From positions 1-64,000 of IMG/VR virus record IMGVR_UViG_3300013132_000034: DNA of 64,000 nucleotides, one strand, 5' to 3'. This document shows, piece by piece, positions 47,785 through 57,704 of the stretch; positions within the stretch are counted from its first letter, which is position 1, and each line of letters starts with the position of its first letter. This DNA is from a virus. Made by a program: the position numbers and the translations under genes. The notes beneath the pieces are model-generated. The model made no database searches and had not been told where the DNA came from. It saw nothing but the letters and a program-made list of their open reading frames with translations.

Positions 47785-49317
47785 ATCTTTAGTAGTATTT
47801 TCTAAAGTTGCAAGAAGAGTATCTTGAAGCTGATTTAACGCGTCAGTTCTTGAATCTGCTGCTGCACCGGGGTTATCAAATAATGAACCCAAGGAGAACG
47901 GTGGTAATGGTAAATTCATACCAAATATACTGCTTACAGAAGAAAGATCAATGCCGTTTATTGCATTTAATAATCCCTGTATAGCATCTCCGTCGGTCTC
48001 TTCAAAAGTTATATTAAAAGGATTTATTTTTTTCAATTCTTCAAATAAATCAAAATCAGAAGATGAAGCGGAAGAAAAGTTTGTTAGTGGATCTTCATTA
48101 CCATTAAAGGCAGCTAAAGCACCGCCCATGCCAATACAATCAGTAATGCTTGAAGACCATGATGGAGCTTGATATGCGGGATATGCTATCGTACCATCGT
48201 AATGACTGAAACTCTTGGGTAGATTTGTATCTGATTTTTCAGCGTTTTCAGAAGCCTGCTCGTTGGATGTTGTTTTGGGTTCTTCTTGTATCCCCGCATA
48301 ATTGGTAACGTTTTTATCTGTATTATTCTCAGACAATTCGGCCTTACTAATACTCGAGAATAATTCTCTTGGATTTAATTCTTCTAATCTGCTAAATAAA
48401 TTGTTTTTATATAATTTATCTAGTTCCTCAGTTGTTTTTTGTTTTAAATTTATTGTTTCGACAGCTTGTGTAGAAAGAACACTATCGTTAAAATATCGAC
48501 TTTTTAAATATTTTATTTTATTGCTAAGCAAATCTACTTCTTTATCTACTTTTTCAACTTGCAATCTGAATGAATATTGCGTTACATAACTTAAATTTTG
48601 TGAATAATCTCTGTAATTTAAAGCTTCATTATCATTTATATTACAATATCTTAACAAAACTTTTATTTCATTCTTAAATAAATCTAAAAGTTTATCTACT
48701 GTTTTCTTTTTAATTTCAGAAACAGTTCTTGTGTAGTAACCCTCGTCAGTAACTAAATTAGTTCCGTGAGCAGTTTTAGATAAAGAAGAAGAATCAATGG
48801 GCTGTACTAACATTATATTGCTCCTATACATATTGTTTGTTCTAAAGCTAAAGCGTTGAAGAATTTGCTTTGTCCAGGGTGAAATTTTATTAATAGAATT
48901 ATAGGAAAGGTAAAGTGGTGGCGGGGTTCTATTCATAGACCAGTCTGATATTGGGCTAATACTATCATCAATAAGATAAGAAGCGTTAGTAAATTTACCA
49001 ATACTATCGCTTTCTAATAATAAAGAAGATAGTTTAATTTCAGATTTTATATAATCTGGACTTGATTTAAATATTTCGTACCAATAAGACACGAAATCAC
49101 TATCAAATTTGTCAAAATAATTTTGTAATTTATTAAAAAATTCTATTCTAGCTTCTACACTATCATTTTTAAAAAATGTAGATCTATAATTAAGAGATGT
49201 TTCTATTTGTTCAATAAATTTAGATAAAATAGTTAAATAGTTCGAATATTTTTCAAGTATGTATTTAGATGACGCTAAATTTATATCACAAATTTGTGGT
49301 ATAATAGTTTTAATCAT
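47728..49317 (-). CDS. Hypothetical protein in the baseplate operon
   Basis: 529 aa, coupled to the hub gene; no motif recognised. Confidence 0.6.
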   Translation of the reverse strand: MIKTIIPQICDINLASSKYILEKYSNYLTILSKFIEQIETSLNYRSTFFKNDSVEARIEFFNKLQNYFDKFDSDFVSYWYEIFKSSPDYIKSEIKLSSLLLESDSIGKFTNASYLIDDSISPISDWSMNRTPPPLYLSYNSINKISPWTKQILQRFSFRTNNMYRSNIMLVQPIDSSSLSKTAHGTNLVTDEGYYTRTVSEIKKKTVDKLLDLFKNEIKVLLRYCNINDNEALNYRDYSQNLSYVTQYSFRLQVEKVDKEVDLLSNKIKYLKSRYFNDSVLSTQAVETINLKQKTTEELDKLYKNNLFSRLEELNPRELFSSISKAELSENNTDKNVTNYAGIQEEPKTTSNEQASENAEKSDTNLPKSFSHYDGTIAYPAYQAPSWSSSITDCIGMGGALAAFNGNEDPLTNFSSASSSDFDLFEELKKINPFNITFEETDGDAIQGLLNAINGIDLSSVSSIFGMNLPLPPFSLGSLFDNPGAAADSRTDALNQLQDTLLATLENTTKDLLNTVVCGTTQNIVGGLG

Positions 49318-50909
49318 AAAACAACCTCATTATTATTAGGATTTGAAAATGAATATGTTTTGATAGCTGTAATTTCATTTTCATATGAACCGCTTCTAAA
49401 TATATGGTTTATTTCAACTAAAAAGTATGTTCCTAGAAATTTATCATCAAATTTATTACTAGGTTGAGATGAATCCCTATCAATAGATACAAATCTACCT
49501 GCTTGTCTCACCGTAAGACCGGGCGCAATAAAATTAATAGTATTATTTAAAAATAGTGCTTTTTTCATTACTTCATTTCTTCCTGAAGATAACCTTTGAT
49601 CTCTATCGTTAGAAACACTAAATGTACAATCATAATTTCTATTATTAATTCTATATTCATTCTTTGTCAATGTAGAAAACCCCGCATTACTGCTACCTTT
49701 AAAATTTTTAACATAATTTTGATAAAAAACATCAAGAATTCTTTCAAATTGATTTTCTTGAACATCAATATTAAAAGTTTTGTTGTAAAAGTCATAGCTA
49801 AAAACTTGTTTTGTCGTTATGTAATGCTGTACATCAAATCCTGCAGAAGGAAAAAATTTATATTTTTGTATTTGTGAATAATCTGGTAAAAATGCGCTGT
49901 TTTTAGTGCTAATAGGTGTACGCGTAATATTATTAAAATTACTTACATTTGAATCACTATAACTGCCTACTAAAAATTTTTCAATATGTAATGGCCCTCC
50001 TTCATCTGCTCTTAAATTTCCTTGCCGAGTATAAGCGTTTTCAAAATAAGATTTTAGTGATTTGTACGAAAACTCATTTGTATATCTCTCTTTTCTTAAA
50101 ATACAAAAATCATAATTATTAGATGGGCTACTTACATGAACTGAATCTATGTATTTATAATCATCATATGCGCATGAATTTACTGGAGACGAATAAAAAA
50201 TATTTGTTGATCCTTCATCAAATTCAGCAAATTTTAATTTAAACCCTTCATTACTTGGAAATGTTTCTAATAAAATATTTTTTATAGCTGTGCCAGTTTT
50301 TATAGATCTTTCGGAATTGTCTAAATTTATAACATCAGGTTTAGTTATATAATTAGAAGTAGTAAAATCTATGTTTTTTTCTAACATTATTTGATATGAA
50401 TAATCCCAAAAATGTAATTTTTTAAATTTTTCATCGTTTGTATTGCCTGTAATATCTTCTATATCATATATAGCAAAAACATATTTTAATCTCCAAATTT
50501 TGTTTATTTTTTCACCATAATTATAATTTAATTCATTGTCTATTTTTGGGCATATATCTACTATTAAATAATCTCTCGCATCTCCTCTAAAAGAAAATGG
50601 TAAAATATTTTTAGAAGAATTTTGATTAAATTCTTTTTTAGGCAAATAATAATCTTGAGAAGCATCCGATGTTTCTGTAGTTATTTTTTCAATTGCGTCC
50701 AAGTCGTTTTTAAATATTAATGTTCCTTTATGAAAAGCGTTTAATAAATTATCATTTATAATAAGCTCAACAACAGATTGTGTTTTTAATCTTACAAACT
50801 CTTCATTTGCATTGTATAGTATTAAATCATAATAATATTCAGTATTATCTGCAAATCTATATATATTATCAGTATCAGGTGAGGGCAGTGTAGTATTAAA
50901 TGTACTCAT
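49314..50909 (-). CDS. Baseplate hub protein, gp27-like
   Basis: IINDNLLNAFHKGTLIF; C-terminal PGLTVRQAGRFVSI...GTYFLVEINHIF...YENEITAIK. Confidence 0.6.
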   Translation of the reverse strand: MSTFNTTLPSPDTDNIYRFADNTEYYYDLILYNANEEFVRLKTQSVVELIINDNLLNAFHKGTLIFKNDLDAIEKITTETSDASQDYYLPKKEFNQNSSKNILPFSFRGDARDYLIVDICPKIDNELNYNYGEKINKIWRLKYVFAIYDIEDITGNTNDEKFKKLHFWDYSYQIMLEKNIDFTTSNYITKPDVINLDNSERSIKTGTAIKNILLETFPSNEGFKLKFAEFDEGSTNIFYSSPVNSCAYDDYKYIDSVHVSSPSNNYDFCILRKERYTNEFSYKSLKSYFENAYTRQGNLRADEGGPLHIEKFLVGSYSDSNVSNFNNITRTPISTKNSAFLPDYSQIQKYKFFPSAGFDVQHYITTKQVFSYDFYNKTFNIDVQENQFERILDVFYQNYVKNFKGSSNAGFSTLTKNEYRINNRNYDCTFSVSNDRDQRLSSGRNEVMKKALFLNNTINFIAPGLTVRQAGRFVSIDRDSSQPSNKFDDKFLGTYFLVEINHIFRSGSYENEITAIKTYSFSNPNNNEVVL

Positions 50910-50916
50910 ATTAAAA

Positions 50917-51288
50917 TTAAAGTTTTAATTTTATTTCATCAAGTATAAATTTTATAAATTCAGTACGAATTATTTTAAGGTTTGTACCTATTTCAGCTAA
51001 GCTGATAGGATCATTAATCTTATTAACAAGGCATATTAGCCACCATAAATCCATTGTTTGATATTCATTAAAACTTATCATAGACCAGGGCATTTTTTGT
51101 GAAACTAGTATATTATAATAAATTGATGGGTTTATATCGTCAGGAAGTTGAATAGTGTTTAAAATATTATAATAAAATTGTTTATTATTAGTAGTATAAA
51201 TTTTGAATATATTCTCATATCTAGTAGGGCTAATTTTTGGTAGCTCCTCTATATTATTCTGATACTCGCCTTTTTGATTGGTATCCAT
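50917..51288 (-). CDS. gp53: Baseplate wedge protein, gp53-like (LysM-like)
   Basis: PWSMISFNEYQTMDLWWLICLVNKINDP...GTNLKII. Confidence 0.8.
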   Translation of the reverse strand: MDTNQKGEYQNNIEELPKISPTRYENIFKIYTTNNKQFYYNILNTIQLPDDINPSIYYNILVSQKMPWSMISFNEYQTMDLWWLICLVNKINDPISLAEIGTNLKIIRTEFIKFILDEIKLKL

Positions 51289-51289
51289 T

Positions 51290-52597
51290 TTATGTATTTA
51301 TTCTGTTAGAATAATTGGGTAGCGATGCAGGCAACCCATTAATATTGTTTTCTAATGATAAATTAGTACCGCCTGATGCTAAAATAGAATTTCTTTGAAT
51401 ATCTGTAATATTGCCAAGATTTGCAAATCCACCATTTGTAGTACTTGTTGAGACAAGTGATCTCTTTTCATAAAGCATTGAATATAAGAAATTTCTAGTT
51501 TCAGCAACTAAGCTTGACATAGTAATAGAAATTTTGTACGCATCTGGAACTATAGTTTCGAAACTTTCTAAATTAGATAAGGTCTGCCCATTCTCTCCTA
51601 ATTGTGGTATTGGTAGTTTCATAGTTCTTCTTGCTCCTAAAAATTCTACAGATAATTTTTTAATGTATGCGTAAGGTGTATATTTAACCCCAGGTATCAT
51701 TACTTCATAAATAACACAAGGCTCGATAATATCTCTTGAGATTCTTGTTGGTCTATTTTGATATATAAGTAAAAATACTAATTGCCAATTTCTTACTACA
51801 TCTATAAAAGTAGCGTTAGCAGTATTAAGCAGTGGGAACTCAAAACTAAAATCATCACCACCATCGGCAAATTGAAACATTTTTGTTCTTTCAATGTAAG
51901 TACCGGGTTCTTTGATATTAATTAAATCAATACCTGCTTTAATAAAAGCTCCTAAACCTGATGCTAATTCAGCAAATGCACTATTATCTAAATCACCAAA
52001 TGTATTTGTTAAATCATTATTTAAATTTTCAAAATAAGGTATATTATATTTCCAACCGGTATTTTCCGTTAAATAGAGACCATCATAAGGTGATAAAACT
52101 CCATTATACTGTCCTCCAAGCCCCACTTTGTTTACAATTTTTGAAACGCCTTCTTTTAAATAATTAACTGAATTTGTAATATTAGAACCTAGACCACCTA
52201 GTACACTTGCTCCTGTACCAGTAAGTCTTGAGCTTTGCTCAGAAAAAAACTTACCCACTTCTGAAGACACATCACCAACTTTACTTACGCCAGTAGCAAC
52301 ACTATAAAATGCCTGGTTTACTATAGCATTTACATTAATTTTTTTTTCTATTAATTCAATTCTAGGAACCTCTGCTCTATATAACTGATTTGTTTGGCTT
52401 TTATAATTTTGTATAGTCCAATAAAAAGAATTTACTACATCAACATTATATGGAGAGCGAAATGAATTTCTTAAAAAATTAGGGCTTAATGAATTTGTTG
52501 TTTTGTTATTGGCTGGTATTAATAAAGGTGGGGCGCTTTTGTAGACTTTAGTTCTATTAAGGTCTTGTGAAAAAGTCCATAAATATGATGCGGCCAT
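51290..52597 (-). CDS. Baseplate/tail-tube cap protein, gp48-like (start revised to ATG 52597)
   Basis: FSFEFPLLN...P.VIYEV.IPG...AYIKKLSVEF...ISITMSSL; position between tape measure and gp53. Confidence 0.5.
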   Translation of the reverse strand: MAASYLWTFSQDLNRTKVYKSAPPLLIPANNKTTNSLSPNFLRNSFRSPYNVDVVNSFYWTIQNYKSQTNQLYRAEVPRIELIEKKINVNAIVNQAFYSVATGVSKVGDVSSEVGKFFSEQSSRLTGTGASVLGGLGSNITNSVNYLKEGVSKIVNKVGLGGQYNGVLSPYDGLYLTENTGWKYNIPYFENLNNDLTNTFGDLDNSAFAELASGLGAFIKAGIDLINIKEPGTYIERTKMFQFADGGDDFSFEFPLLNTANATFIDVVRNWQLVFLLIYQNRPTRISRDIIEPCVIYEVMIPGVKYTPYAYIKKLSVEFLGARRTMKLPIPQLGENGQTLSNLESFETIVPDAYKISITMSSLVAETRNFLYSMLYEKRSLVSTSTTNGGFANLGNITDIQRNSILASGGTNLSLENNINGLPASLPNYSNRINT

Positions 52598-52603
52598 ATA
52601 CAA

Positions 52604-52611
52604 TATTTATA
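52604..52611 (-). promoter_or_regulatory. T4-type late promoter TATAAATA
   Basis: Exact consensus, 6 nt before ATG 52597. Confidence 0.8.
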
Positions 52612-52617
52612 ACAAAG

Positions 52618-54495
52618 TTAATTTGCTAGTACGCTTTGACGCCAAGATGTTACGCCACCAGGGGAAGTCATGTTTACTACGCTTTGATTGTTAACATTTG
52701 TTGCAACGTTGTTATTTGGTTGAATTTTTTCGAGATAATTCTTAGTTTCAGTCATAATCTCTAACTGCTTTTGTAATATTTCTATCATCCTATCATTACT
52801 ATCAGAAATAGAAGAAAGATGATCAGTACTTTCTGATTCCTGGTCATCTCCAACAGTTTCAGCATATTGCTCTTCATTAGTTTCAAAATCAGGCTCTTTT
52901 TCAACAATATATTCAGGTGTTTCTTCTTCTTTCTCTACATTTACTTCTTCAGGCTTATTTTCTTCACCGCCAAATAAACCTGAGAAAATTCCTTTCTTAT
53001 TTTCTGCTGACTCTTCTTGTTTTTTCTCCGGAACGGGTTTATCTTCTCTTTCCTTCATATCACCTGAAACCCAACCAACTATTTTCTTAACCCAATCAGG
53101 TGCTTTATCAAGCATTTCTTTAGCCCACCCTATAATATCTACATTAAAATGATCTTTAATAAATTTAAGCATAGTTCTCAAAGGCCACATAACGATATCT
53201 TGCGCTTTCTTTATAATTCCAAATAATTTGCCAGTAAAATCACCTTTAAAGAAATTTTCTACTTTCTTTTTAATATCTTCACCAAAAATTTTACCCGCTA
53301 TCCATGTAGCTATTTTTCCAATACCTTGAAATATTAAATCGGGTACAGCAAGCAATATTCTCATAACACCTTCAACAATATTACCTTCAGAAAATGCATC
53401 GGTGATTTTATCAGTTAATTTCTTTATATTTTCAAAATTTAATATTCCTAAAGTAAAGAAACTTACTATACCACCAAGTAACCCATCTAATACAGACTTA
53501 AATGATAGTCCTTGTTGCTTAACACTGCCAATAGTATTTGTAATAATATCGATAATTGCAATAACGGGGCCTAAAGCTCTGCCTATAATTTTACCAATTT
53601 TAAAAAGTGGCGTTTTTTTGAGCGCATTAAAAATTGTTTTTCCTAATCCGCCTACCATTTTTGCTATACGCATAAAAAAGCTAGCACCTTTTTGAACACT
53701 TGAGCCAATTCCGCTTAATGCCTTGCTTATTAATTTGATTGCGCTGCCTGCTTTACCTTCTCCTCTAAAGAAAGCGCCTATTTTTTTGAATAATTTACCT
53801 AGAAAGGATTCTTCACTAAAAAATGTTCTAATTTTTTTAAAGAGAGATGATTCTTTGATAGAAGCTATTAAACCTCTCCATATACCTTCTAATTTTTTAA
53901 ATAGCTTAGAATCTCTAAACATCTTAGCAATCCTGCTAGCTGCACTAACTATTTTACTTCTTAAAACCATAAACGCATCTCTTAACCATTTAAAAACGTT
54001 AAGGCTACTAATTAATCTTCTTATTCTGTTAAACCAACTGCCAATAAATTCTATCAAACCAACTACAATACCTGTTAATAGTGCAAGTAGTCCCCATAAA
54101 AAGTTTGTTTTCTTTTTCTCTTTCACTTCTTCTTCTTTTTTAGGTATTAAACCTGCAATTACATCTCTCAACATTTTAAATACTGCAGGGTTTACTTCTT
54201 CAATGCGCACTTTACTAACTGGTCCACCTATTTTCTTTGCGCCTGACTCAATGAGCTCAGCTGATTCTTCTTTTGAAACTTTGCTCTCGTTCGTACCACC
54301 CGCTAGTTTAGTTAAATAATCTTTAAATTCTTTTTTGATTAAATCTGCAAATGTTTTGAACTTTGCATTTTTTGTTCTTCTAAATTCATCAACATAAAAC
54401 GAATCATCTTGCATTTTAGCAATTTTTTCATTCATTTTTTCCAAAGCCATAGTTAAATTAGCTATAGCTTCAGCTACGTCAATATTATCCGCCAT
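52618..54495 (-). CDS. Tape-measure-type baseplate hub protein, gp29-like
   Basis: Helical, with a TM-like segment and G/K/F amphipathic repeats, acidic region, C-terminal NNNVATNVNNQSVVN. Confidence 0.65.
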   Translation of the reverse strand: MADNIDVAEAIANLTMALEKMNEKIAKMQDDSFYVDEFRRTKNAKFKTFADLIKKEFKDYLTKLAGGTNESKVSKEESAELIESGAKKIGGPVSKVRIEEVNPAVFKMLRDVIAGLIPKKEEEVKEKKKTNFLWGLLALLTGIVVGLIEFIGSWFNRIRRLISSLNVFKWLRDAFMVLRSKIVSAASRIAKMFRDSKLFKKLEGIWRGLIASIKESSLFKKIRTFFSEESFLGKLFKKIGAFFRGEGKAGSAIKLISKALSGIGSSVQKGASFFMRIAKMVGGLGKTIFNALKKTPLFKIGKIIGRALGPVIAIIDIITNTIGSVKQQGLSFKSVLDGLLGGIVSFFTLGILNFENIKKLTDKITDAFSEGNIVEGVMRILLAVPDLIFQGIGKIATWIAGKIFGEDIKKKVENFFKGDFTGKLFGIIKKAQDIVMWPLRTMLKFIKDHFNVDIIGWAKEMLDKAPDWVKKIVGWVSGDMKEREDKPVPEKKQEESAENKKGIFSGLFGGEENKPEEVNVEKEEETPEYIVEKEPDFETNEEQYAETVGDDQESESTDHLSSISDSNDRMIEILQKQLEIMTETKNYLEKIQPNNNVATNVNNQSVVNMTSPGGVTSWRQSVLAN

Positions 54496-54509
54496 AAGTA
54501 TACAAATAC

Positions 54510-55286
54510 TTATTCGTTACTAAAGAATGCGGCGTCTAAATTTATAATATATTCTTTGTTATTTTGATTAAATGATAGATATTTCTTTTCGAATGATCTG
54601 ATCTCTTCAATGTAGTCTAAAATTTGCTTATTAACATCAGCCGTAACATTTTCTAATAATTTAACTTGCTGAGATACACTTAAATCGTTGAACTCAACCT
54701 TACTAACATCAGAAATTTCAATAAAATCTATAAATTTAGCTATTTCATAAACAAATAATTCACCAATAATATCTTTTAATGCATTGTCTTTTTCAATTAG
54801 GTGTGAAAGGTTTTTAGTAATTTCTTTATTAACTTTATTATCTACTGGTAGAGTAGGTATTTTTAAGCCAACTTTAAGAGTTTCGACGGTTATAATTTTT
54901 TCACTAACAACATCAAGAGGCAAAGCCGTGTTAACTACGGTATCTATATCAAACACACCGGCCTCGTCATTTAAATCTTCGGTTCTAATTGCATTTGATA
55001 TCTTTGTACCAAAAATATCTTTTCTCAAAGCAATAGCAATTGACGGGCGATCAGATACTAATAATTTTTGTGTTTGGTCTTCCCTGTTTTCAAGAATAAT
55101 AGTATTTAAAACTGTATTAAACGAAACACCCGGTATTGCCTTATCAAGAGATGCTTTAATAATTTCTTTTTGCTGCTTGATATTGAGTGGCTTAAATTTA
55201 GCAATTGAATTTATAGAAGGTACAAAAATGTCAAGTGTTTTCTTGTTAAGTTCTTGTAATTTTTGCAGTAGAAGTTCTGAACTCAT
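54510..55286 (-). CDS. Baseplate hub assembly chaperone, gp26-like
   Basis: IFVPSINSIAKFKPLNIKQQKEIIKA, DRPSIAIALR, LKIPTL. Confidence 0.6.
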   Translation of the reverse strand: MSSELLLQKLQELNKKTLDIFVPSINSIAKFKPLNIKQQKEIIKASLDKAIPGVSFNTVLNTIILENREDQTQKLLVSDRPSIAIALRKDIFGTKISNAIRTEDLNDEAGVFDIDTVVNTALPLDVVSEKIITVETLKVGLKIPTLPVDNKVNKEITKNLSHLIEKDNALKDIIGELFVYEIAKFIDFIEISDVSKVEFNDLSVSQQVKLLENVTADVNKQILDYIEEIRSFEKKYLSFNQNNKEYIINLDAAFFSNE

Positions 55287-55295
55287 TTATTATAT

Positions 55296-56192
55296 TTAAC
55301 TCAAACTCTCGGTTTTCAATGGCATGCCAGCTGGTTTAGTAGATTTTTCTAATTCATCATTTTGCTGCTGTATTTCTTTAGAATAAAGTGAATACAGCAT
55401 AAGAGATTCGGAAGGAATAAGACTCAAAAATTCAGGAATAGAAATCTTTACCTTACTTGTCAATACATACATTAGTTCAAATATATTCTTTAAATCTTCA
55501 GAATAAACTAAATCCAGAAAATATAAAATTGAATTGTTAAAAGGGTTTAATTCTAATGAGTTGAGCTCTTTTACATGGGTATTTTGTGAAAGCAATGTAA
55601 TTTCCTTGCAGCTAGCTTTAACTTCTTCAAAAAAATTAAGAAATTTTTGAGTATTAGTGCCTGAAATGTTTTCAAACAATTTTTCTTTAAGATTATTATC
55701 TAAATTTTCGAAATCATATTCATTATCTTGTAAATAAATTGTTTTGATACAATGATTAAAAATGTCATCTAAATTTTTTATATACAGAACTGTGGGTATG
55801 CAGAGTTTTAAAGAAAAATTTTTCTCTATTTCAACTATTTTATGTGTTAAGAACTTTTTTTCTGTTAAAAGCTTTATTTCATTAAACAGATTAAAAGCTA
55901 TTAATCTGTTTTCATTATCAGATTTAATTTTAAACTTTATTTCAGAGTTTATATTGATAGCTTTAAATTGTAAAAGTATAATTAATTTGTCAAATATATC
56001 TAATTTGTAAAATATTTCTTTTTTGTACAAAGTCTCACGTATTACAAAATCAAAATATTCTGATAAACCACTATAGTCTTTGTTAGTAGAATATTTTAGT
56101 ATGTTAATAAGATATGAATTTTTAAATTCACTAAAATATTCTTTACTGTCTAAACTAGGTATGTATATTTTAAGTTTAAATTCATTAATCAT
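55296..56192 (-). CDS. gp26-like protein with a gp51-like C-terminus
   Basis: IYIPSL, DKLIILLQFKA, LCIPT; C-terminal NIFELMYVLTSKVKISIPEFLSLIPSESLMLYSLY..EIQQQN. Confidence 0.5.
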   Translation of the reverse strand: MINEFKLKIYIPSLDSKEYFSEFKNSYLINILKYSTNKDYSGLSEYFDFVIRETLYKKEIFYKLDIFDKLIILLQFKAININSEIKFKIKSDNENRLIAFNLFNEIKLLTEKKFLTHKIVEIEKNFSLKLCIPTVLYIKNLDDIFNHCIKTIYLQDNEYDFENLDNNLKEKLFENISGTNTQKFLNFFEEVKASCKEITLLSQNTHVKELNSLELNPFNNSILYFLDLVYSEDLKNIFELMYVLTSKVKISIPEFLSLIPSESLMLYSLYSKEIQQQNDELEKSTKPAGMPLKTESLS

Positions 56193-57115
56193 ATTAATCC
56201 AAATGGATTAATTGTACCAAACCCGCCTTCAAAACCGCTTTGTAAAGGCGAAATAATAGGTAATTGTCCATTCTCTATACGATTAATTATGTTAACCAAC
56301 GGAAAATACAAATTAGCATTAACTGTATAGTGAGAAAATACCCAACTAGTTTGAAAAACATCTAAAGCCTCACCGCTAGGATCATAAACCATTTCTTCAG
56401 AATCAAGAGTTACTGGGACACAGTTATAAAACTGCCACACTTTTCTAGGAACCATAGATATGTTTTGATAAGTTTGCGCATATTGCATTATAGTAATATC
56501 AGTTTTAACATTATAATAATCTCTTTTACCTCCAATGTCGCCGGGTCTAGCGGTAAATCCCATATGAGAAGCTAGTATAATCCAAGGCCTGATTACAACA
56601 TCTAAAAACGACGTATTTGTTTCTCTAAAACCTATTCTTAAAAATGAACCGTACGGTTGTCTATCAGTAGAAGCAGGTGCGCCTAGAAAGCCTCTATTAT
56701 TTTTTATACGAACAAATTCAGTATCTAAAGTTTCAGGTGGTATTGTAACAGATGAAGCAAACAAGCAACCAATAATTCTTTGTAGAGGGTAACTTTTTAA
56801 AATGGATAGTGGAGTACCTAAATCATAGCCTCTCTTATCACCTCCTATAAGTTCTAATCCTTGCATAATTCTTGTGTTTAATGCTGCTGGATACCTATCT
56901 ATTAAAACGACCCATTGCGTTCTTAATGGAATTGATGTTGACCATGATTCCATTTGCGCAAGAAAATAATCACGAACACTTACTAATGGAACAGCGGGTA
57001 AATTAAATCCAAATAGATTTGTAATCTGAGGTGCGAATAACGGGTTTTTACCTGAAACTAGACTTGCTGCGTTCTGAACAATACCAGCTGCAGCGTCAAC
57101 AAAAGGATTATTCAC
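56189..57115 (-). CDS. Tail-tube initiator / tube-fold protein, gp54-like
   Basis: CLFASSVTIP, LRIGFRETN, ITIMQY...WQFYNCVPV...FSHY; follows gp19. Confidence 0.55.
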   Translation of the reverse strand: MNNPFVDAAAGIVQNAASLVSGKNPLFAPQITNLFGFNLPAVPLVSVRDYFLAQMESWSTSIPLRTQWVVLIDRYPAALNTRIMQGLELIGGDKRGYDLGTPLSILKSYPLQRIIGCLFASSVTIPPETLDTEFVRIKNNRGFLGAPASTDRQPYGSFLRIGFRETNTSFLDVVIRPWIILASHMGFTARPGDIGGKRDYYNVKTDITIMQYAQTYQNISMVPRKVWQFYNCVPVTLDSEEMVYDPSGEALDVFQTSWVFSHYTVNANLYFPLVNIINRIENGQLPIISPLQSGFEGGFGTINPFGLI

Positions 57116-57143
57116 TAAAATATTTAGTGAAAAATATTAGTTA

Positions 57144-57689
57144 TTATGGTAATCTCTTCCAGTAATGGTAAGCAAGAGTGGCGGTAAATTTAAGTGTCTC
57201 ACCTGTGCCATCAGCAATATTATATGATAATGGACCAACGTTACGTACTGATACGCCAACTAATTGATATTGAGCTACTTTGGCTAGCTTTGCATCAAGC
57301 TGAACTAGATCAATTGTTGAGCTTTGTTTTGGTGTAAAATAATTGCCAGTGCTATTTGCGTCATCAAATGTACTGCGTGACCAATCCTCAAATTTTTGGC
57401 GTAGCTTAGACTGAGCATCAGCATAAAATTCAACTGCATAAGCTTCACTATTAGGATAAAGAACACTACCCGGGACGTTGAAATTTAATCCCATGTATGG
57501 TACAACTTTATTTTGTATTGCTCTTTCAGGTAATGTGGCAGTACGAATATAAACTAAATCATCATTATCAAATGTTACACCCGAGTCAGCTGCGTTAATA
57601 GATAAAACTCTAAATTGAAAATCGCGCGCGAAATCTCTTTGTTGCGCTACTCTGTAGAAGTCTGATATTAATTGATTTACGTCTGCCAT
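57144..57689 (-). CDS. gp19: Tail tube protein, T4 gp19-like
   Basis: RTATLP...VPYMGLNFNVPG, LRQKFEDW, LVQLD, FTATLAYHYW; follows the sheath gene. Confidence 0.88.
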   Translation of the reverse strand: MADVNQLISDFYRVAQQRDFARDFQFRVLSINAADSGVTFDNDDLVYIRTATLPERAIQNKVVPYMGLNFNVPGSVLYPNSEAYAVEFYADAQSKLRQKFEDWSRSTFDDANSTGNYFTPKQSSTIDLVQLDAKLAKVAQYQLVGVSVRNVGPLSYNIADGTGETLKFTATLAYHYWKRLP

Positions 57690-57704
57690 AAAATTATTTA
57701 TTCG

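Noticed and set aside
53402-55299. Plus-strand ORFs 53402..53695, 53723..54319 and 54784..55299
   Set aside because: Antisense to well-supported baseplate genes; no promoter or motif
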